Shown here one piece after another: positions 57,504-64,000 of a stretch of 64,000 nucleotides of DNA. The translations under genes and the position numbers were made by a program. Each line of letters opens with the position of its first letter. The first letter of the stretch is position 1. Under the pieces are notes generated by a model. That model worked only from the letters and a program-made list of their open reading frames with translations, ran no database searches and was not told where the DNA came from. This DNA is from Candidatus Elulimicrobiales bacterium (lineage in GTDB: Bacteria; Patescibacteriota; Minisyncoccia; Phycocordibacterales; UBA5272), in the NCBI GenBank assembly GCA_034927475.1, contig JAYFPW010000002.1:193606-257605 (forward strand), in the 5' to 3' direction.

Positions 57504-59280
57504 ATTTTTTCATTAATTCTAAAAATGTGTCGTGTTCTATATATACTTTACCCTCTTTTTGCATTCTCTTTTTTCCTCTTTTTTGCTTCTCTCTTAATTT
57601 CATTTTTCTAGTTATATCGCCACCATATAAATAACCCGTTACATCTTTTTTCATTGGAGCAATAGATCGTGAAGCGATAATTCTCCCTTTGACTACTGCT
57701 TGAATTTTAACTCTAAACAATTCTCTTGGAAGAATTTTATATAGCTTTTCTACAAGCTCTTCTGCCTCTTCATTTGATCGCCAGTCTGCTACCACCCTAG
57801 AAAAAGCCGGAACCCTTTCTTCTGCGACTAGAATATCAAGTCTGGTAACTGAAGCGTCTCTCATTTCACCTATTTTATAAGAAATTGAAGCATAACCACT
57901 TGAGGCAGATTTTAATTCATCAAAAAAGTTTCTCATTAGTTCCCTAAGTGGCATAGCAAGTTTTATATTAACCCTATTCTCACCCCAATCTTCCATATCA
58001 ACAATCTCTCCTTCATGTTTTTGAAAAAGCTGCATTAAATTTGAAAGATAATCATTTGGAACAATGATAGTTAAATTAATCCAAGGTTCGCGAACATTTA
58101 AGTATTGTCCATGATCTGGAAAGTGAATTGGAGTATAAACTTTTTCTATATTATGATCTCGCATTTCTACTTCATAAGTAATAGAAGGCTGGGTCACAAT
58201 AAGCTCTTGATCAAATTCTCTACGAAGTCTTTCTGTGACGATTTCAAGATGAAGCATCCCTAAAAATCCACATCGAAAACCTCTACCTAAAGCTCCACTC
58301 ATTTCCTCTTCAAAAGTTAAAGAGGAATCTGATAGTCTTAGCTTTCCTAAAGCAGAACGTAGATCGTCAAATCTGTCTTGGGTTTCCGGATAAATTGAAG
58401 CGAATACTAAAGGTGTCGGCTCTTCGTATCCAGCAAACGGAGAAAGTGGATGAGCGAATGTTGTAACTGTATCTCCAACCCTAGCAACCCCAGGCTCTTT
58501 AATACCTGTAACTATATAGCCAATTTCCCCTTCTTTCAAAACTTTTTCCTCTTTCTTTTCTGGCTTAAAAACTCCTACACTTCTAACAAGAAATCTATAT
58601 TTTGATTTAATAAATAAAAGCTCATCATTTCTTTCTACACTCCCATTTAAAACTCTCACATAAAGAATAACTCCTTCATGACTAGAATATTCGAAGTCAA
58701 AAATCAAAGCTCTAAAAGACTTGCTTTCCACTTCTTCTAATTTTGGAGCGGGAATTTTTTTAATAATTTCTTCTAGCAAATTTTCTACCCCAGCTCCGGT
58801 TTTTCCAGAGACAGCTATAATTTCGCTAGCTTCAACTTTCAATAAATCTATAATTTGTTTTTTCACTTCTTCCACATTCGCAATTGGTGAATCTATTTTA
58901 TTAATTACAGGAATAATTTTTAAACCTGCAGCTTGCGCCATTTCTAAAGTGGTAAGAGTTTGTGCCTGAACACCTTGAGTGGCGTCGACTAATAAAATAG
59001 CTCCTTCTACTGCTTGTAAACTTCTTGAGACTTCATAAGAAAAATCAATATGTCCAGGTGTATCTATTAAATTTAAAATATAATTTTTATATTGCATTCT
59101 GACTGGAGTCATTTTTATAGTAATACCCCTCTCTCTTTCTAAATCCATAGAATCTAAAACCTGATCTTTCATTTTTCTGTTTTCCACAGTGTTAGTAAAC
59201 TCTAAAAGCCGATCTGCTAATGTCGACTTTCCGTGATCAATATGGGCAATAATAGAAAAATTTCTGATATTTTGCATCAT
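57502..59280 (-). CDS. lepA: Elongation factor 4
   Basis: IRNFSIIAHIDHGKSTLADR, GFRCGFLGMLH, YGGDITRK.KL.EKQK. Confidence 0.98.
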   Translation of the reverse strand: MMQNIRNFSIIAHIDHGKSTLADRLLEFTNTVENRKMKDQVLDSMDLERERGITIKMTPVRMQYKNYILNLIDTPGHIDFSYEVSRSLQAVEGAILLVDATQGVQAQTLTTLEMAQAAGLKIIPVINKIDSPIANVEEVKKQIIDLLKVEASEIIAVSGKTGAGVENLLEEIIKKIPAPKLEEVESKSFRALIFDFEYSSHEGVILYVRVLNGSVERNDELLFIKSKYRFLVRSVGVFKPEKKEEKVLKEGEIGYIVTGIKEPGVARVGDTVTTFAHPLSPFAGYEEPTPLVFASIYPETQDRFDDLRSALGKLRLSDSSLTFEEEMSGALGRGFRCGFLGMLHLEIVTERLRREFDQELIVTQPSITYEVEMRDHNIEKVYTPIHFPDHGQYLNVREPWINLTIIVPNDYLSNLMQLFQKHEGEIVDMEDWGENRVNIKLAMPLRELMRNFFDELKSASSGYASISYKIGEMRDASVTRLDILVAEERVPAFSRVVADWRSNEEAEELVEKLYKILPRELFRVKIQAVVKGRIIASRSIAPMKKDVTGYLYGGDITRKMKLREKQKRGKKRMQKEGKVYIEHDTFLELMKK

Positions 59281-59321
59281 TTCCTATGAATATAACACAT
59301 TTAAAGGCTATCTAAAACTCT

Positions 59322-59963
59322 TTAAAGCTGAATTCTATCACATTCAAAAACATCTCCGACTTTTAGATTGAACCTTTCCACAGTTCCCATTTTTACCTCT
59401 AAAACATATTTTGCTAGATTTGCGCCATTTGAAAAAGTTTGTGAAGCGTCTGGGTTCAAGGAATTATATGAACTAGCTAAAGCCTTTTCAATATGAACAA
59501 TATTAAAAGATTCATCAAGCCAAATAATATCTAAATCAAAATTCATATCTTTCATCCAAAAACTACTTGTCTCAGGTTTGTCGAAAACAAAAAGCATACC
59601 TTCTGTAATGAGTTTTTCATTTTCTTCAAAAGTTTTAAATGCGGTTTTTCCAGATAATCCTTGAGCTCTCGATTCTGGTGTATTTGCTATTTCTAAAAAG
59701 ATTTTATCTCCATTTTTTGTAATTAAAGAATTACCTTTGTCTTCTGATAAATTTTCTACATCCAGAATGATAGACTCATCAATGTTTTCATTCGAAGCAA
59801 ACTTTTCATTGTTTGTAAAAAAATTAGCATTGCCAGCTTTTGCTTTCAAAAAATTACTTAAACCTGTTAAAAAAATCATACACACAAAAATAAGAAAAAT
59901 GGAAAAAATTAATGCTCCGATATTTTTTTGAGTTGGTTTTCTTTTTGTGCGTACATGTGCCAT
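59322..59963 (-). CDS. DUF192 family protein, membrane-anchored
   Basis: EIANTPESRAQGL, GMLFVF, FWMKDM.F.LDIIW, YVLE. Confidence 0.9.
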   Translation of the reverse strand: MAHVRTKRKPTQKNIGALIFSIFLIFVCMIFLTGLSNFLKAKAGNANFFTNNEKFASNENIDESIILDVENLSEDKGNSLITKNGDKIFLEIANTPESRAQGLSGKTAFKTFEENEKLITEGMLFVFDKPETSSFWMKDMNFDLDIIWLDESFNIVHIEKALASSYNSLNPDASQTFSNGANLAKYVLEVKMGTVERFNLKVGDVFECDRIQL

Positions 59964-60015
59964 AGGTTTTTAATTTTAATATAATTAGAAAATTTTTATA
60001 CATATATTCTAACAC

Positions 60016-60043
60016 AAAAAATAGTCGGAATTTCTTCCGACTA
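60016..60043 (-). terminator. Terminator of the 60055-60426 orphan
   Basis: TAGTCGGAA-4 nt-TTCCGACTA followed by a T-run on the - strand. Confidence 0.8.
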
Positions 60044-60054
60044 CACTTCGTTTG

Positions 60055-60426
60055 TTATTTTTTCTTTAACAAAAATCTTTCATTCCAGCCACAGATGACT
60101 AGAGATACAAAATCTTCTGTTTCATTTTTCTTTTCCTTAATAAGTTTACAGGGAGAGAAAATATAAATAATACCTTCACCAATTTTAGACTTGGGCTGAT
60201 TCCAGGCAATAAGTACAGAATCTCCGATTTGTTTCTCGGAAAGAAATTTACAAACATCTTTTACAGAAGAATAGTCTGAAATATCCGGCTCAAATTTTAA
60301 TAAAAAATTTTTAAAAGATTCTGGAGCAAAAAATAAAAAAATATTTTCTACCTCTAAACCTTTGTTTGCTAAATAACTTTTAAAGGAGCTTATTATTTCC
60401 TCCTTGGTTTCTCTTGTAATTCTCAT
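60055..60426 (-). CDS. Orphan hypothetical protein, 123 aa
   Basis: TTGACA (60499-60494), 17 nt, TATATT (60476-60471) upstream; own terminator. Confidence 0.7.
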   Translation of the reverse strand: MRITRETKEEIISSFKSYLANKGLEVENIFLFFAPESFKNFLLKFEPDISDYSSVKDVCKFLSEKQIGDSVLIAWNQPKSKIGEGIIYIFSPCKLIKEKKNETEDFVSLVICGWNERFLLKKK

Positions 60427-60507
60427 TTTAAATGAACTTTTAAGTGTTGAATTTTACTTTGACTAATTAGAATATACAAAAGAATTCAAAGATTGTCAAT
60501 ATAGAGA

Positions 60508-62349
60508 TTATTCTTCTTTTTTACGATTCGCTTTGGCACGCATTGCTTCATTTAAAATTTGTTTGCGAAGTCTTACGCTCTTTGGAGTAATTTCAAGATA
60601 TTCATCTTCATTCATTATTTCAAGACCTCTTTCAATAGATAATTCCCAAGCTGGGATAAGGGTAATTGCATCATCAGATCCAGAAGCACGCATATTGGTT
60701 AACTGCTTACCTTTGGTTGGATTAACTACCATCTCTTCACCTTTACTTGTGTTACCTATAACTTGTCCGTCATAAACTTCTACTCCTGGACCAATATACA
60801 AAGTTCCTCTATCTTGAAGATTAAAGAGTGAAAATCCTAAAGCTTTCCCACTTTCCATACTTGTCATAGACCCGAAAAGTTTTCTCTGAATATTTCCTAC
60901 AAAATCTCCAAACTTTATAAATCTAGAAGAAAGTATTCCGAGACCTTTTGTGTCTACAATAAACTCCCCTCTATACCCAAGTAGTCCTCGTGTTGGCACT
61001 TCTGCGCGGATTCTAGCGATGCCCGCTCTTTCATTCATATCTGTCACTATACCTTTTCTTCTTCCTAGTTTTTCCATCACCACTCCTGAAAATTCATTTG
61101 GCACATCTATTACCACCTCTTCAAAAGGTTCTTCTTTTTTTACAATATCTCCGGCTTCATTTTTTGTTTCATGAAAAATAACTTTTGGTTGAGAAACTTG
61201 AAGTTCATATCCTTCTCTTCTCATATTTTCAAGAAGCACTGCAATATGCATTTCCCCTCTTCCATAAACCAAATATTTATCAGTATCAAAATTTACTTTC
61301 AAACCAACATTTACTTCTAGTTCTTTTTCAAGCCTATCTCTGATTTGTCTACCGGTTACATATTTTCCTTCTCTTCCAGCAAAAGGAGAATCGTTTACTA
61401 AAAAGTCTAGAGAGATAGTCGGCTCATCAATATGAATAGCTGGTTTCCCTTCAGCGTTTTGATCTTTCAAAAATGTTTCTCCAATAAAAATATTTGGAAA
61501 TCCGGCAATCATGACAATATCTCCAGCTTTTGCAAATTCACTTTCAATTTTATTGACCCCATAAAAAGTAAATATTTTTGTAATCTTGCCAATAGAAACA
61601 TTTCCTGTAAAAGGATCTTTCACAAAAATACTTTCTCCTACTTTAGCTATACCATCATAAACTCTAGCTATAGCCATTCTTCCTAAGAAGTTGTCGTAAG
61701 CTAAATTGAAAACTTGTGCCACAAAACTATTATTTATATCACCTGTCGCTTTTGGAACTTTTTCTAAAATTGTATCAAGAAGTGGCTCTAAATTTACTTT
61801 TTCATCTCCTAATTCTTTCATGGCTACCCCTTGGCGTCCAATAGCATACACTGTAGTAAAATCTAATTGTTCATCATCAGCTCCAAGCTCTAAAAATAAC
61901 TCAAAAACTTCATCGTGAACTCTTTTTACATCACTTGCTGGTTTATCAATTTTATTAATAACAACGATAGGTTTTAAACCGAGCTCCAAACTTTTTTTCA
62001 AAACAAATCTAGTTTGTGGCATTGGTCCTTCTTGAGCATCAACTAAAAGTAATACTGAATCAATAGAACGAAGTACACGCTCCACTTCAGAACCAAAATC
62101 AGCGTGTCCTGGAGTGTCAAGAATATTTATTTTTGTACCTTTATAAATGACAGAAGTATTTTTTGCATAAATAGTAATACCACGCTCTTTTTCGAGATCG
62201 TTTGTATCCATAGAAAATCCTTCTTCCAAAACTCCGCACTCTTTCATAAGCGCGTCTGTCAAAGTCGTTTTTCCATGATCCACATGAGCGATGATGGCAA
62301 TATTTCTTATTTCTTTATATTCTTCATTCATATTTTTATTTTTAGCCAC
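60508..62349 (-). CDS. typA: Translational GTPase TypA/BipA
   Basis: [47 protein letters not shown]. Confidence 0.97.
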   Translation of the reverse strand: MAKNKNMNEEYKEIRNIAIIAHVDHGKTTLTDALMKECGVLEEGFSMDTNDLEKERGITIYAKNTSVIYKGTKINILDTPGHADFGSEVERVLRSIDSVLLLVDAQEGPMPQTRFVLKKSLELGLKPIVVINKIDKPASDVKRVHDEVFELFLELGADDEQLDFTTVYAIGRQGVAMKELGDEKVNLEPLLDTILEKVPKATGDINNSFVAQVFNLAYDNFLGRMAIARVYDGIAKVGESIFVKDPFTGNVSIGKITKIFTFYGVNKIESEFAKAGDIVMIAGFPNIFIGETFLKDQNAEGKPAIHIDEPTISLDFLVNDSPFAGREGKYVTGRQIRDRLEKELEVNVGLKVNFDTDKYLVYGRGEMHIAVLLENMRREGYELQVSQPKVIFHETKNEAGDIVKKEEPFEEVVIDVPNEFSGVVMEKLGRRKGIVTDMNERAGIARIRAEVPTRGLLGYRGEFIVDTKGLGILSSRFIKFGDFVGNIQRKLFGSMTSMESGKALGFSLFNLQDRGTLYIGPGVEVYDGQVIGNTSKGEEMVVNPTKGKQLTNMRASGSDDAITLIPAWELSIERGLEIMNEDEYLEITPKSVRLRKQILNEAMRAKANRKKEE

Positions 62350-62426
62350 AAAAATAAAAGCGCTTCGGCTTTTAATTTAAAGTAAAATAATACCACAAAA
62401 ATAAAATAAATCAAAAGGTTTAAAAA

Positions 62427-64000
62427 TTATTTTTCAAGAATCTTCTTCAAAAACGCTTTATTATTTGGCTTTCTACCTAGAAACCTTTTAACGGATTCCA
62501 TTTCTTCCCTACTTCCACCCACTTCTAAAATTTCTTTTCTATACCTTCTTCCAATTTCTTTCAATCTCTTTTCATTCTTTAAAACTTTCTCAAATTCGGA
62601 ATAAAAATCATACGCATAGACAAGTGCCCACATATAAGAATAATATCCTGCATCATAACCCATGAGATGCCCAAATCCGGCCGGGAAAATAGCATCTTTT
62701 GGTAAATTAGAATTAAAATATTTTTTACTTAGAGTAATATAATATTTTGCTGAATCTGTAGCTTTTATTTTGCCAGAATGTAAATCTAAATCAAATTTTC
62801 CAAGTACAAGTTGCCTTAAATTAGCATATCCATTCATAAAATTTTTACCTTCTATAATTTTATTTAAAGTTTTTTCATCTAGTGATTTTTTAGTCTTATA
62901 ATGCACAGCTAACTTTTTTAAATATTTTTTTTCAAAAAGAAAATTCTCCATGAGTTGTGACGGGACTTCGACGAAATCATGATCGCAATTTGTTCCTGTT
63001 TGAGAAAAATAATTAGTGGTAGAAAGCATACAATGTAAAGCGTGTCCTAATTCATGGAAAATTGTTTCTACCTCTCCTAAAGACAAAAGTGAAGGTATTT
63101 CTTTGGTGGGTTTTGGAAAATTGCAGAGTAAAACATCTACTGGAATAGAGTTTATACCTGTTAGATATTTTGCATGTCCAGCGTGAGTATATTTTCCCTC
63201 TCTAGGAAATAGATCAAACATTAAATAAGCTAAAACTTTTTTAGATTTCTCATCAGAAAATTCATATAGGCGAACATTTTTATCTACCAAATTAATTTTC
63301 TTCTCAACTCTTTCTTTCGCATCAATTTCTCTCACTACAAAACCAAATATATTTCCAAAAATTTTAAAAGTCTCTTTTAATACATGCTCTAATTCAAAAT
63401 ATTCTTTAAGTTTAGCGCTATCGTAGCTGTATTTTTTTTCTTTTAATTTATTCATGACGTAGGCCAAATCAAAATATTCTACTTTTTTTATATTCCCATA
63501 TCCTGAAAGTTCTTTTTGGGCAAATTCATTTAATTCTTGAATATTTGCATTGCTTTCTTTTTCTAATTTTTTAATTAAAGAATTGTTAAAAAGATACACA
63601 GCTTTTTCAGATTTGGACATTCTATTTTCAACTCTATAATCTAGATGATTTTTATAGCCTAAAATTTTTGCTTTTTTATCTCGCAATTCTACAATTTCCG
63701 AAAGAAGTTTTAGATTCTTTACTCCCCCTTTTTTATAATTTTTATCTACCAATTCTTTTCTTTTTTCTCGACTTTCAGCGTATTGTAAAAATGGAGAAAT
63801 AGATGGGTAGTCTAAAGTTATTTTATATTTACCCTCTACCTTTTCTAAAGTTTTTATAAAATTTTCTGGCAAACCTTTTAACTCTTCTCGGCTACACAAA
63901 ATAAAATCACGATATTCATCAATATTTTTGGAAAAATCAATAGAAAGTTTGGAGAGTTTTTTAATTGTATTTTTTAGTTCTTTTTGTTTTGTTTTGGGTA
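62427..64000 (-). CDS. M3 family metallo-oligopeptidase (5' part outside the window)
   Basis: FHELGH, DFVEVPSQLMEN, GYDAGYYSYMWA; frame stays open to the window edge. Confidence 0.93.
   Translation of the reverse strand, partial: PKTKQKELKNTIKKLSKLSIDFSKNIDEYRDFILCSREELKGLPENFIKTLEKVEGKYKITLDYPSISPFLQYAESREKRKELVDKNYKKGGVKNLKLLSEIVELRDKKAKILGYKNHLDYRVENRMSKSEKAVYLFNNSLIKKLEKESNANIQELNEFAQKELSGYGNIKKVEYFDLAYVMNKLKEKKYSYDSAKLKEYFELEHVLKETFKIFGNIFGFVVREIDAKERVEKKINLVDKNVRLYEFSDEKSKKVLAYLMFDLFPREGKYTHAGHAKYLTGINSIPVDVLLCNFPKPTKEIPSLLSLGEVETIFHELGHALHCMLSTTNYFSQTGTNCDHDFVEVPSQLMENFLFEKKYLKKLAVHYKTKKSLDEKTLNKIIEGKNFMNGYANLRQLVLGKFDLDLHSGKIKATDSAKYYITLSKKYFNSNLPKDAIFPAGFGHLMGYDAGYYSYMWALVYAYDFYSEFEKVLKNEKRLKEIGRRYRKEILEVGGSREEMESVKRFLGRKPNNKAFLKKILEK

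Noticed and set aside
370-60499. Integron cassette array explaining the orphan genes
   Set aside because: The orphans are dispersed, carry their own promoters, and have no attC-like sites or integrase.
421-62385. Short ORF-track entries antisense or out of frame within genes (e.g. 421-681, 4374-4631, 15935-16255, 19094-19402, 21664-22005, 26485-26718, 55402-55725)
   Set aside because: They lie inside confidently identified genes, have low-complexity Ser/Phe/Ile or Lys composition typical of shadow frames in AT-rich DNA, and show no expression signals.

Overview
Very AT-rich, gene-dense bacterial chromosome segment using the standard genetic code, with most genes on the - strand. The gene set and its reductions point to Patescibacteria/CPR, probably Parcubacteria (OD1): short ValRS, ProRS and RF1, helicase-degenerate PriA, two mreB, class II RNR, and N-terminally membrane-anchored DsbA/META/DUF192 proteins. 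The taxon is inferred, not tested. Most of the window is housekeeping: leuS (partial), sufS-sufU-sufC-sufT, uvrA, uvrB, tgt, a pentose-phosphate cluster, nrdJ, gap, a two-component pair, prfA, rpmE, ychF, mraZ-rsmH-ftsL-ftsI, lysS, greA, mreB-mreC-PBP2, proS, rseP, frr, priA, def, fmt, valS, lepA, typA, an M3 peptidase (partial) and tRNA-Tyr, -Arg and -Phe. I saw no CRISPR, IS, integrase or prophage. Main unexpected signals: (1) two promoter architectures, with at least 12 housekeeping genes apparently leaderless (-10 box 6-8 nt before ATG) and nine orphan genes sitting in self-contained TTGAC(A)/-10/leader units, most with a terminator; (2) two of those orphans look Bacteroidota-like (a YxxP...ILGGS leader peptide and an AxA-Q signal-peptide protein); (3) a SET-domain lysine methyltransferase lies directly upstream of an unannotated 37-aa Lys/Ala histone-H1-like gene with structured UTRs, followed by hpf; (4) Tgt carries an internal two-helix hydrophobic insertion; (5) the split transketolase is intact but lacks its catalytic motifs. 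Five small ORFs missing from the supplied track were found by hand.
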